From Candidatus Curtissbacteria bacterium RIFOXYA1_FULL_41_14 (GTDB taxonomy: Bacteria > Patescibacteriota > Microgenomatia > Curtissbacterales > GWA2-41-24), in assembly GCA_001775095.1 (NCBI GenBank), contig MFCA01000029.1, forward strand, positions 153,173 to 217,172: 64,000 bases of DNA, read 5' to 3'. Within the stretch, counting starts at the first letter, position 1; each line of letters begins with the position of its first letter. Positions 9,300 to 18,890 of the stretch are shown in pieces. Under the pieces are notes generated by a model. It worked only from the letters and a program-made list of their open reading frames with translations. It made no database searches and was not told the origin of the DNA. The position numbers were made by a program, and so were the translations under genes.

Positions 9300-10682
9300 A
9301 TGAAGTATTTTTGTCTTTGGCTAATTATATTTTTGATAGGCGGACAATCTGTGCTGGCCGTAAACGATCCTGGCGCAAACCCTAATAATAAGGTAGGAGT
9401 TGGAACTCTTTCACCGAACTCCGAAGTTGAGGAAATTGATTCCATGGTTAATGCCAACGGTGACTGGGGATGGGTGGTAATTTTAGTCAAAAAGAGTGAA
9501 ATGAATTTAGACAGATGGCAAGGCGTATTCCACTTACTTACTAAGCATCATCTGATTCCAATTGTTAGAATTGCCACCGAATTTGACCAGCAGGGTTTCT
9601 GGCAAAGGCCTGCTGATGAGGACGCAAAGGCCTGGGCTAATTTTTTATCATCTCTTTATTGGCCGACAAAAAACCGCTATGTCCTGGTTTATAATGAGGT
9701 AAATAGAGCTGAAGAATGGGGAGGAAAAGCGGATGCCGCAGATTATGCCAAAGAACTTGAAAAAACAATCAATGTTCTTAAGGAAAAAAGCGCTGATTTT
9801 TTCATTTTACCTTCCCCTCTAGATTTATCACTTAATACGCATAATGGGTCTCTTGATGCGTCAATTTTTTACAAAACGATGGAGTCAACCACGCCACAAA
9901 TATTTACAAGAATTGACGGGTGGTCTTCACATTCTTATCCAAACCCAAATTTTACTTCTAGTCCTTTTAGATCAGGACGCCTGAGCATTAAAGGTTACGA
10001 ATGGGAACTTTCACAAATCGAATCTTATATAAAGGGGAGAAATTTGCCGGTGTTTATTACTGAGACCGGATGGAAGAGAAAAATACAAAACGGAGAGGGA
10101 GTTAACGAAGACCTTATAAGACAATATTATAAGATTGCATTTGAGAAAGTCTGGAATGATAAAAGAGTAGTCGCAGTCACACCATTTATTTTTAATTACC
10201 CCGAGTCTCTATACTATCCATTTTCTTTCAAGACAAACGAGGAAGATTCCGCAAAAGAATATTTTGATTATTTTTTTGCGATCCGTGATTTACCAAAAGT
10301 AAAGGGAGAACCGCAAAGAGAAGATTTGGCAGCGGATATTCAAACTGATCTGCCGGGTATTATTATAAAAGATTCGACTAATAATACCGTTGTTACTTTT
10401 AAAAATACAGGCAATTATATTTGGAAAACAGATGATTCTCTAAGGGTTAATATTGACGCACAACCGGATATTCAGATTGAAGAAATTAAATGGGAAAAAG
10501 GTGAAATCTATCCGGGAGAGACTGCGGTAGGCAAATTAAAATTTGAAAGCAATTCAAAAGGCCCCTTATCTTTAGCTATTAGTATCAAGAATAATGATCA
10601 ATTATTGGCTCAAGAGACAGTAACTACCACAAGTGAAACCTATTTTTCTTTGATCGCAAGAGGGATCAAAAATCTATTTTAG
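9300..10682 (+). CDS. Secreted clan GH-A-like glycoside hydrolase with C-terminal Ig-like domain
   Basis: Signal peptide; YNEVN (acid/base) and FITETGW (nucleophile) motifs, SSHSYP. Confidence 0.65.
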   Translation: MKYFCLWLIIFLIGGQSVLAVNDPGANPNNKVGVGTLSPNSEVEEIDSMVNANGDWGWVVILVKKSEMNLDRWQGVFHLLTKHHLIPIVRIATEFDQQGFWQRPADEDAKAWANFLSSLYWPTKNRYVLVYNEVNRAEEWGGKADAADYAKELEKTINVLKEKSADFFILPSPLDLSLNTHNGSLDASIFYKTMESTTPQIFTRIDGWSSHSYPNPNFTSSPFRSGRLSIKGYEWELSQIESYIKGRNLPVFITETGWKRKIQNGEGVNEDLIRQYYKIAFEKVWNDKRVVAVTPFIFNYPESLYYPFSFKTNEEDSAKEYFDYFFAIRDLPKVKGEPQREDLAADIQTDLPGIIIKDSTNNTVVTFKNTGNYIWKTDDSLRVNIDAQPDIQIEEIKWEKGEIYPGETAVGKLKFESNSKGPLSLAISIKNNDQLLAQETVTTTSETYFSLIARGIKNLF

Positions 10683-11749
10683 ATAGGATAAATTACTTCA
10701 CCTTGAGGATGGCCTTGAAATTTACCATTTTCAAAAACCGTTTGACCGCGTATAACGACTTTTTTAATCTCTCCCCTACCCGGCAGTCCCACAAAAGGGG
10801 TCCAGCCGCATTTAGTGAATAAACCTTTGTTTGTGATCTTAAATTTTTTACTTGGATCGACAATCACAAAGGTATTTGGCTGGACAGGAAGGTGAAAAAT
10901 GTTGCGAGGATTAACACTTGTCATCTGAATCAGCCGATCAAATGTCAACAAGCCCCTAGATACTGCTGTCAACATTAATGGCAAAGTTGTTTCCAGTCCT
11001 GGAACCCCAAATGGAGGCGATTTACTATACTTCTCCGCCAATGTGTGAGGAGCATGATCTGTTGAAATCATGTCGATGCTGTCAATATTGTCCCAAAGTT
11101 TTTTCTGAGTTGTCTTTGTCGGAAGTGGCGGTTTCATGATGCCGAGTGGACCGAGCTGCCTGACATCGCTTTTTGTTAAAAATAAGTGATGAGGGGTAAC
11201 TTCACAACTTATTTTGACTCCTTCAGATCTGGCTTTTCGGATTGAGTTAATTTGATGATTATCAGCAATATGACAAACATGGAGATTTTTTTTGTACTTT
11301 TTAGCAAGTTTAATTGCTACATCAACGGTTTCCCCTTCGGCATGAACCATAATCGGTAAATCACTTTGCCAGGATTTAAAAATCAAATCGCGATCCGCCA
11401 GTTTATCAATAAGTAAGGTTCCGGTTGTTTGATTCATATAGACTTTAAGGCCAAATACCTTTTTTGAAATTTGAAGGAAATACTTTGTAGAGTCAGCAGT
11501 TGCACCAAAATTAAATCCAAGATCGCACCAGATTCTTTCATTGGCGCGATTAAATTTGTCGTTAAGAGCTCCTGAAGATATTGTTGGGGGAATACTATTT
11601 GGCATATCAAGAATCTGGGTGTATCCTCCGGCAACAGCTGCTTTTGTTCCTGTCTCGAAATCTTCTTTCTGCATTCCGCCCGGTTCTTTCAAATGCACAT
11701 GAACATCTGCCATGCCTGGAAGTTCCAAAAGGTTATTCTTACGATTCAT
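10679..11749 (-). CDS. pyrC: Dihydroorotase
   Basis: DVHVHL.EPG, DMPN, HAE, CEVTPHHL, TDHAPH, GVPGLET motifs. Confidence 0.9.
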   Translation of the reverse strand: MNRKNNLLELPGMADVHVHLKEPGGMQKEDFETGTKAAVAGGYTQILDMPNSIPPTISSGALNDKFNRANERIWCDLGFNFGATADSTKYFLQISKKVFGLKVYMNQTTGTLLIDKLADRDLIFKSWQSDLPIMVHAEGETVDVAIKLAKKYKKNLHVCHIADNHQINSIRKARSEGVKISCEVTPHHLFLTKSDVRQLGPLGIMKPPLPTKTTQKKLWDNIDSIDMISTDHAPHTLAEKYSKSPPFGVPGLETTLPLMLTAVSRGLLTFDRLIQMTSVNPRNIFHLPVQPNTFVIVDPSKKFKITNKGLFTKCGWTPFVGLPGRGEIKKVVIRGQTVFENGKFQGHPQGEVIYPI

Positions 11750-11774
11750 TGAAAGTAATTATTCATCCTCTTGC

Positions 11775-11839
11775 GTCATCCCGCACTTGATGCGGGATCC
11801 AGATTTAATTGTATAGATTCCCGCTTTCGCGGGAATGAC
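11775..11839. repeat. Intergenic double palindrome GTCATCCCG..CGGGATCCAG / ATTCCCGC..GCGGGAATGAC
   Basis: Two hairpins in inverted arrangement; related half-copy at 62609-62636. Confidence 0.8.
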
Positions 11840-11895
11840 ATGGAGGAAACTATTGATAAGATTTTAACACAGGAGAATTTAATGTATATAATAAG

Positions 11896-12465
11896 GTGGT
11901 GGTAGAAGCGAAGGCCATTAGGCGCAAAAAACTATTTCGAGACGGGACAGTAATATCAGTCAGTGTTCTAGCCGCTGTTATCCTCTATCAATCAAATTTT
12001 CTTATAGAATTTCTCAATTCTTTCTCCGGAATTTACTTTGTGATGGGTGCTTTTTTAGCCGGAATCCTTTTTGCATCAACATTTACTGTGGCTGTTGCAA
12101 GTTCAGTCTTTCTGCTTTTGACAAAAACTCACAATGCTTTCGCAATTGCCCTCATTGGCGGTTTGGGGGCGCTGGCAGGCGATACACTGATTTTTAAATT
12201 TTTAAGGGATGATTTGATTGCGGATTTTGAGTATTTAGAAAAACATTTTCCAAATAAATTGGCCAAGAGGATTATTCACTCTAAATTAATTTTCTGGTTT
12301 TTGCCAATCATCGCCGCTCTTGTGATTGCCTCACCATTTCCCGATGAGGTTGGTTTGCTTTTACTTGCCAGCATCAAGTTAAAATACCACCATTTTTCAA
12401 TCCTCTCATTCACTTTTAATACGATCGGGATATTAATTCTTTCTATTGTGGGAAAAGCAATTTAA
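11896..12465 (+). CDS. Integral membrane protein (DedA/VTT-like)
   Basis: GGLGALAGD and ASPFPDE motifs, several TMs; start may be GTG at 11899. Confidence 0.6.
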   Translation: MVVEAKAIRRKKLFRDGTVISVSVLAAVILYQSNFLIEFLNSFSGIYFVMGAFLAGILFASTFTVAVASSVFLLLTKTHNAFAIALIGGLGALAGDTLIFKFLRDDLIADFEYLEKHFPNKLAKRIIHSKLIFWFLPIIAALVIASPFPDEVGLLLLASIKLKYHHFSILSFTFNTIGILILSIVGKAI

Positions 12466-12494
12466 GAGAAAAGTATTATAATAAATATCATTTC

Positions 12495-13715
12495 ATGGGG
12501 AAAATAAATCTTTCTTATCTTGCTCCACTTACAGTATTTATTTTCGCTGTATTTTCCGGCTTCATAATTCATCAGGCTACCTGGTTTAATGTTGATAAGC
12601 ATTTTTCACTGCTTGCCGAAAGTTTTCTTCATAACGATCTCTTTTTGAGTCCTAATAATTTACCAAATGGGGACTTCGTAGATTTCTTTGGAAAACAGTA
12701 TTTATTTTTCGGCCCCATTCCTTCAATTCTGCTTATGCCTTTTGTTTTTATTTGGGGAAAAAATTTTCCTCAAATAACTTTATCGATTACATCCCTTGTC
12801 ATAGTTTATCTGTCAATATTCTTATTATGCAGGAAATTGCAATTTACGAAAATTGATGCTTTTTGGCTTGCCAACTTTTTTGTTTTTGGGACAGTTTTAT
12901 ATTTTGTGGGACTGGTTAATATCTCTGCTTATGTTGTCCAGACTATCGGTACCGCCTTTGTTGTACTTGCGCTTTTGGAGTATTTTACAAAAAGGAGATG
13001 GTTCGTAATTGGCCTATTGATAGCTGCAGCCGGCGCTACACGAATTACATTATTTGGAATGACAGTTTTTTTCCTTTTCGAGATTATACGTTTGCGCCAG
13101 AAACTCCATTTAGGACGCAGTTTCATTTTTCTTTTAATTCCAATATTTTTTTCTGTAAGCATGTTAGGTCTTTATAATTTCCGTAGATTCCACTCCGTTT
13201 CTGATACAGGATATACAAGGAATGTTACAGTACTAGATAAAAACTATTTAAACAATCAAGAGGGATTCTTTAGTTTAAAGCATATACCCGCTAATTTATA
13301 TGTTCTTTTGTTGATGCCACCTGAACCTGTACTAAAAGATGGAGTTCAGTTTGTACTAAAGTTTCCTTATCTTAAAGTTAATCACCTTGGGATGGCAATT
13401 TTGTTTACTTCTCCTTTATTTCTTTATCTACTCAAAGCAAGAAAGGCTCCTTATACAATGCCAGCTATCATTGGCATCATCGTTCTTCTAATTCCTTCTT
13501 TAGTTTACTTTGGTATTGGTATAAGTCAATTTGGGTACAGATATAGTTTGGACTTTCTGCCCTTATTATTTTTACTCTTGGCTACCAGTTTCAAAAACGG
13601 ATTACCCGTTTTTGCAAAAATATTAATCACTTTTGGAATTATTTTTGACGTTTTCTATATGTCAAATATTTGGGGTACTTATCCACTGCTTTCATTTTTT
13701 GATTATTTGAGGTAG
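12495..13715 (+). CDS. Putative GT-C-type membrane glycosyltransferase
   Basis: Polytopic; D...F.GKQY.FFGP.P and FGYRYSLD motifs. Confidence 0.6.
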   Translation: MGKINLSYLAPLTVFIFAVFSGFIIHQATWFNVDKHFSLLAESFLHNDLFLSPNNLPNGDFVDFFGKQYLFFGPIPSILLMPFVFIWGKNFPQITLSITSLVIVYLSIFLLCRKLQFTKIDAFWLANFFVFGTVLYFVGLVNISAYVVQTIGTAFVVLALLEYFTKRRWFVIGLLIAAAGATRITLFGMTVFFLFEIIRLRQKLHLGRSFIFLLIPIFFSVSMLGLYNFRRFHSVSDTGYTRNVTVLDKNYLNNQEGFFSLKHIPANLYVLLLMPPEPVLKDGVQFVLKFPYLKVNHLGMAILFTSPLFLYLLKARKAPYTMPAIIGIIVLLIPSLVYFGIGISQFGYRYSLDFLPLLFLLLATSFKNGLPVFAKILITFGIIFDVFYMSNIWGTYPLLSFFDYLR

Positions 13716-14494
13716 CTTGAGGTTTTCGTTCGAAATAGAACACTTTTTACTATTCCCAATTCGTGTAAAAGATAGATAAATACTGTCCAGAGAGTTAAAA
13801 GACCGTATTTGGTTGAACGTGTGAGATTGATTGATGATGCTTCGGGGAAATATTTGCAGGGAACTGGAATTTCGGAGATATTAAATCCGAAAGACAGGGT
13901 AGAGATCAAAATCTGCTGGTCAAAAATAAAATCATCAGAAAATTTGTGGTAAGGAATGTTTGCTAAAACTTGGCGTGAATACGCACGGAAGCCGGTGTGA
14001 TACTCGGAAAGATTCAATCCCATTGCCAGATTTTCGACCAATGTTAAAAATCGATTGGCAAAGTATTTCCATAAAGGCATACCACCTGCCAAAACTTGAC
14101 TGCGGGTTTGAATCCGTGAACCGAGCATTATATCCGCCCGGCTGTTAACAATCGGTTCGCATAATACTCCAACAAGTTTGGCATCATATTGGTAGTCCGG
14201 ATGAACCATAACAACAACGTCTGGCTTTCTTTTTAAAGCTTGATCATAACAGGTTTTTTGATTAGCGCCGTAACCTTTATTCCTTTTATGAATATAGACT
14301 GTGATACCAATTTTTTTCGCTTTCTGGACAGTCTCATCACTGGAGGCATCATCGACCAGAATTACTTCAGAAATTAAATCTTTGGGCAAATCATCAACAG
14401 TTTTTTTAATAGTCTTTTCGGCATTGTAAGCCGGCATAACGACAATTATTTTGGGACTTTTATTCGGATTCCAAAGGATATTATGGTTTTGCAA
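13703..14494 (-). CDS. GT2 DPM1-like polyprenol-phosphate glycosyltransferase
   Basis: VVMPAYN, LVDDAS.D, GYGANQK, HPDYQY, GSR, HTGFRAY. Confidence 0.88.
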   Translation of the reverse strand: MQNHNILWNPNKSPKIIVVMPAYNAEKTIKKTVDDLPKDLISEVILVDDASSDETVQKAKKIGITVYIHKRNKGYGANQKTCYDQALKRKPDVVVMVHPDYQYDAKLVGVLCEPIVNSRADIMLGSRIQTRSQVLAGGMPLWKYFANRFLTLVENLAMGLNLSEYHTGFRAYSRQVLANIPYHKFSDDFIFDQQILISTLSFGFNISEIPVPCKYFPEASSINLTRSTKYGLLTLWTVFIYLLHELGIVKSVLFRTKTSSYLK

Positions 14495-15401
14495 ATTTGT
14501 TTAGAACCTCCCTGTCGGACAATTGACAATTGACAATTGACAGCTGACAACTGACAACTAAGCTGGGAATCTGGGATAAAGCCCAGAGGAAGCCGATGAA
14601 GAAGGCCAAATCAAGAGTAGCTAGCGCTTTGACGAGATGATAAGGGAACCACGCTAGATGCTGGATAAGCCAAAGCAGGTCAGAAATATTTTTCCAGACA
14701 AAGAGAAATTGGTTTTTGTAGGAAACAGTTCTGATATAAAAATCCGATTTTGATTTTTTAATTGTGCCTTCCTGATGAAAGTGGTTTACTTTGGAATTTG
14801 GCTCAAATAGACACAAATACCCTTTTTTCCAAGCTTTGAATGAAAGATCGATGTCTTCCCAATAGAATGGAGCAAATATTTCATCAAACCCGCCGAGCTC
14901 TAAAAACTTTTCTTTGTCAAAAAGTCCGGACCCCCCAGAAACCCAGAGAGTCTCGCCAGATTCTGCCACCAGTGCAAAGTGTTCAAGGAAACCCTTTTTG
15001 AAGACTCCGCCTCCCCTTCCTCTTACCACAATTTTCCCTTTCTCGTGACTGTAATCTGCAAGACCAATGGCAAAAACTTTATCGTGAGCGAAGAGAGAAA
15101 GAGCTGGTTTCAAAAAGTCCGCTCGCGGCGCAACATCGGAATTTAGAAGTAGAACCAAATTGCCATCGGCTGCTTTTATTCCCGCATTCGCGGCATAAGC
15201 GAATCCCTTATTTTTAGGAAGTTGAATTAATTTTATCTTTTTAAAATTTTTATTGATAAAATTCACCGAATCATCTGCAGAAGCATCGTCAACGACAATT
15301 ATTTGACAATTGGGGCAATGTTTTATGACACTTGGCAAATTTTTTGCCAACAAATCACAACCATTGAAATTTGGAATAATTACTGATATTTTTTGTGCCA
15401 T
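14481..15401 (-). CDS. GT2 glycosyltransferase (WbbL/rhamnosyltransferase-like)
   Basis: IIPNFNG, VDDAS, LLNSD, GGFDE.F..Y.EDIDL. Confidence 0.88.
   Translation of the reverse strand: MAQKISVIIPNFNGCDLLAKNLPSVIKHCPNCQIIVVDDASADDSVNFINKNFKKIKLIQLPKNKGFAYAANAGIKAADGNLVLLLNSDVAPRADFLKPALSLFAHDKVFAIGLADYSHEKGKIVVRGRGGGVFKKGFLEHFALVAESGETLWVSGGSGLFDKEKFLELGGFDEIFAPFYWEDIDLSFKAWKKGYLCLFEPNSKVNHFHQEGTIKKSKSDFYIRTVSYKNQFLFVWKNISDLLWLIQHLAWFPYHLVKALATLDLAFFIGFLWALSQIPSLVVSCQLSIVNCQLSDREVLNKFAKP
14518..14559. repeat. In-frame heptamer array (GACARYT)x6, 42 nt
   Basis: gacaatt x3, gacagct, gacaact x2; encodes SCQLSIVNCQL. Confidence 0.9.
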
Positions 15402-17860
15402 AAATAAAGTGAAAAAAATATTGTTATAATAATGCCTACTATCGAAAGATAAAGACCATTATAGAATGATTGTGGCCTGAATTTAAATTCGGCTTCATGC
15501 TCTCCTCTGGGTATTAGAACGGACTGAAACATGTAGTTTATTCTTTTAATCTCATCTTTTTGGCCATCGATATAAACCTGCCAGCCGGGATAAAAAACGT
15601 TAGAGATAACAAGAGGGGCTTCGTCATCTGTTTTTGTTCTGAGTGTTAGCGACTGATCAGAGTACTTTATAAAGTTAACTGAGGCTTCGATTCTTTGCTT
15701 TGGGAATCCAAAATCCGACGAGACTGCAGTTGATCTAATATCAAAATGAGGGTCTAAAAGTTGTTCTAACTCTTGGTTTTGATCCCCAACTCTAATCACT
15801 TCTTTCACGAAAAACGCACGGGGTAGAGCATTGTCATTTCTAAAAATTTTAGTCTCCCCTTCTTGGAAGACTTTTTCAAAACCGGGCTCGGAAAGTTCGT
15901 CAAAAGTTGCTATGTAGCGCACATTCAGAAAATCGGCAATTTTTGAGAAGTACTTTTGGGGTGTTACTATTCTGTTAAAAGATCCGGCTTGGGTTACTTT
16001 TTGAGATTCCCAGGCAGTTACCAGCATTGCGTAATCTTTAAGATAAAGTGGATCATAACCATTAACAGCTTCAATCTGATAAACACTCGGTGTATTGCCA
16101 TTAAAGATTCTTCTGTCGGTGGTCATTATTCTAAAAGGTTTTTCCTGACTTGATAAGTATTTTGTAGTCTGTGTTTGAGGAAAAATCCAGGAAAGTTTTG
16201 AAAAAGGAGTGAACTTATAGCCGAATCTGAACAGTTCAAATAGCGTTAAGGCAAAAATCGCCAAAAGTAAAATAGTTTTTGGAATTTTGGCGATTTTTAA
16301 AATTATAAGTGCAAGCATTGAGAAAGAGATTAGTATTGGAAATATTAAATTTCTCAGGGCAACTTTAAATGAGTCAATATTTCCAGTAATAGGGAAAACA
16401 TCTTTAAAGATTAATGTGTAGGCTGCAAGAACAAATAGAACTGATAGAATTAAAACTGCCGGGATAATATGTTTCTTTTCGCGTTTCTTTTCGATAAAGT
16501 AATTTACTCCATAAGCGGACAAAACCGAAAGCGAGAATATAAAAAGAAATAGGATTCTTGAGGGTTGCATTGAAGAAATTAGAGGGAAATTAAAGATGTA
16601 GGGAATTTTTGAAATTGGATTTGCGATCGCAAAAACCAAGGAAAAAATTGCCAAAAATATAAAATAGATCGCCCTTTTTTCTCTTGACAAAAGTGCGAAG
16701 ATTACAAAAGCAAGAGGAACGATGCCGACAAAGCTGACGAATTCAGCCCAGTTCCAGATTCCCCAATAATTATAAGTTGCGGGATTACCAAAAAAATCCG
16801 GAGCCACAAGTTGAATCAAATTCTGAACTGGCAGAAACCAGTCAGTTCTTCCCGTAAAATACCCTTGATCAATTTCTCTTGCAGACAATCTGACAAACTC
16901 TAATGCCGGTAAAAGCTGAACCGCAGATATTAGAATACCTAAGGCCAATCCGCAAACTATAATCGTTAAGATTTCCAGCTTTTTTGATTGAAAAGTTTGA
17001 AAAATGACATAGAAGAACGTTGCGATAAACACGTAAAAGGCGGTCTGCCAATGACCTGACAGGATAGTTTGAGAGGCTGCAACTACTAAAACAATAAACC
17101 ACAGCGGGGATTGCCGAGTGAATAACTTATATTCGCTCGCAGAATGCCCTGTACTCTTGGTCCACGGATGAATGCTGGAGCGAATAGATACTTTCGAGGT
17201 ATATTCTGCTCGCTCATGTAAACTTTTAGGACAATATCGAGAGCTTTCAGCTCTCGAAAGTTTATTGACCGCAAGAAGAATTAAGGGAAGCCACATGGCA
17301 CAAGTAACGATAGTTCCCCAGGTCATCCAAGCAATAAAAAATCCGGTGAAGGGTAAAACAAGGGCTCCAAACATAGAGGCCATAATTGAAAGTTGCAGGC
17401 CTGTCTTGCCGGCAGGCAGGCTTCTCAAAAACAGGAACATAAAAAGTCCCGTTAATATCACAGGTAAAATTATTGCCAGCGTCCAAGCTATGTTAAACGG
17501 AAAGATGAAAAAGAGAAAATTAAATAACTGAAATGGCGATGACTGAATATTTGCTAAAAGTGGCTGACCCGAGAAACTATAAGGATTCCATAGAGGCAAA
17601 TTTCCTTCCTTTATATCATTCACTGCCAAATATCGCCATGGATATGTTTGCAAGACTGGATCAGTAATCAGAGGATTTTTAACCGGAAATTTACCCGCAT
17701 TGAAACCATCATATGTTTGGTCCCTCCAGGGATGATAGAGTCCCAAAAGGTCATCGGCACCAATTGGAACTTTTCCCATTAATAAATTTGGCAGGAAAAA
17801 AAGAAATACTATGATACAAATAACTATTGCACCAAAAGTATTAGAAGATAATTTTTTCAT
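15380..17860 (-). CDS. YfhO-family membrane protein (GT-C-like) with two in-frame insertions
   Basis: PLWNPYSFSGQPLLAN, LPRAF, YPGWQVYIDG motifs; paralog of 37097..39529. Confidence 0.85.
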   Translation of the reverse strand: MKKLSSNTFGAIVICIIVFLFFLPNLLMGKVPIGADDLLGLYHPWRDQTYDGFNAGKFPVKNPLITDPVLQTYPWRYLAVNDIKEGNLPLWNPYSFSGQPLLANIQSSPFQLFNFLFFIFPFNIAWTLAIILPVILTGLFMFLFLRSLPAGKTGLQLSIMASMFGALVLPFTGFFIAWMTWGTIVTCAMWLPLILLAVNKLSRAESSRYCPKSLHERAEYTSKVSIRSSIHPWTKSTGHSASEYKLFTRQSPLWFIVLVVAASQTILSGHWQTAFYVFIATFFYVIFQTFQSKKLEILTIIVCGLALGILISAVQLLPALEFVRLSAREIDQGYFTGRTDWFLPVQNLIQLVAPDFFGNPATYNYWGIWNWAEFVSFVGIVPLAFVIFALLSREKRAIYFIFLAIFSLVFAIANPISKIPYIFNFPLISSMQPSRILFLFIFSLSVLSAYGVNYFIEKKREKKHIIPAVLILSVLFVLAAYTLIFKDVFPITGNIDSFKVALRNLIFPILISFSMLALIILKIAKIPKTILLLAIFALTLFELFRFGYKFTPFSKLSWIFPQTQTTKYLSSQEKPFRIMTTDRRIFNGNTPSVYQIEAVNGYDPLYLKDYAMLVTAWESQKVTQAGSFNRIVTPQKYFSKIADFLNVRYIATFDELSEPGFEKVFQEGETKIFRNDNALPRAFFVKEVIRVGDQNQELEQLLDPHFDIRSTAVSSDFGFPKQRIEASVNFIKYSDQSLTLRTKTDDEAPLVISNVFYPGWQVYIDGQKDEIKRINYMFQSVLIPRGEHEAEFKFRPQSFYNGLYLSIVGIIITIFFSLYLWHKKYQ
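17125..17260. repeat. Composite palindromic in-frame insertion (about 45 codons)
   Basis: Inverted repeat tattcgctc (17130) / gagcgaata (17178) and hairpin tcgagagct-ttc-agctctcga (17237-17257); no equivalent segment in the paralog. Confidence 0.7.
17396..17421. repeat. 21-bp palindromic insertion flanked by CAGGC direct repeat
   Basis: caggc ctgtcttgccggcagg caggc; adds 7 residues (LPAGKTG) relative to paralog LRSFRLS. Confidence 0.8.
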
Positions 17861-18890
17861 ATTCCCTGAAAAAAACCTCTTGGCTAAATCTTCGACTATT
17901 CTTTATTGCCGCTTGAGAAAGTTTTAAAAATTGTTCTGGGCTGTTAATAAGATTTATAGTTGTTTCGTAAAGCTGGGTTTTCGTAGACCAGAGCAGTCCA
18001 TTCTTACCGTCTTCTACTATTTCTTTTTGTCCTCCTTTATCTATGACGATGGGAACGGCACCTGCAGCTTGTGCTTCGACCGTTGAAATACCAAAATGTT
18101 CCATTTTTTGAGGTGCTTTTATCTCGTCTTCTCCAAAACCGGTCGCATGCCAATAAATGGAAGCAGCAGAGTATAGCTTTCTCAATTTATCTATTTGCAA
18201 ATTTTCGAAAATTCTAATGCCATATCCTCTGGTTGTTTTTTTTAACCCTCTCACATACTTATAATCTTCTTTTTTGGATTGTCCCACTAAGATCAGTCGC
18301 CAAGCAGGCGCTTTTTTGTAAACCTCTTTGAAGACCTCAATTAAAACTTCCTGTTTTTTGGGGTGAAGTTGGTTCCTACTAAATCTACCTACTGAAAGTA
18401 TTATCTTCTCTTTTTTACCGGGCTTTATATTTTCGATATCTACCGGAGGATAGATGACCTTTGAATCTATTCCAAAACTTTTATCTATATAATTTTTTGT
18501 GAAATTTGAATTGGTAACCACCCAATTAAAACGTGAGAGTTTTAATTTTGTTGTAAAAGAGGCAGATGGAAAATTGAACGGAACCTGGAAATGAAGAATG
18601 TTTTTTGAAGCCATGGTTAAGGGGACACTCCCGTCTGACAGAATAAAAATACAATTGTAGCCAAATGTAGTAAAAGCTTTTTGAAATAAGTTTGATTTAA
18701 ATATATCATTTACAAATCTTGTCTTGGTTAGATCAATTTTTAAAAAACGTGCAAGGGGTGGTTTGATGGCAGAGTCATCCCAAAAAATATCAACTAAATG
18801 ATCTTTTGACAGATAGGAGGCAAGAGCCAACATATATCTTTCTCCCCCGCCGAAAGTATCAAGATATGGACTGTAAAAACCAAATTTCAT
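17841..18890 (-). CDS. GT4 glycosyltransferase
   Basis: GGGERY, IYPPV, ILSVGRF, EHFGISTVEAQAAG. Confidence 0.9.
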   Translation of the reverse strand: MKFGFYSPYLDTFGGGERYMLALASYLSKDHLVDIFWDDSAIKPPLARFLKIDLTKTRFVNDIFKSNLFQKAFTTFGYNCIFILSDGSVPLTMASKNILHFQVPFNFPSASFTTKLKLSRFNWVVTNSNFTKNYIDKSFGIDSKVIYPPVDIENIKPGKKEKIILSVGRFSRNQLHPKKQEVLIEVFKEVYKKAPAWRLILVGQSKKEDYKYVRGLKKTTRGYGIRIFENLQIDKLRKLYSAASIYWHATGFGEDEIKAPQKMEHFGISTVEAQAAGAVPIVIDKGGQKEIVEDGKNGLLWSTKTQLYETTINLINSPEQFLKLSQAAIKNSRRFSQEVFFREYEKIIF

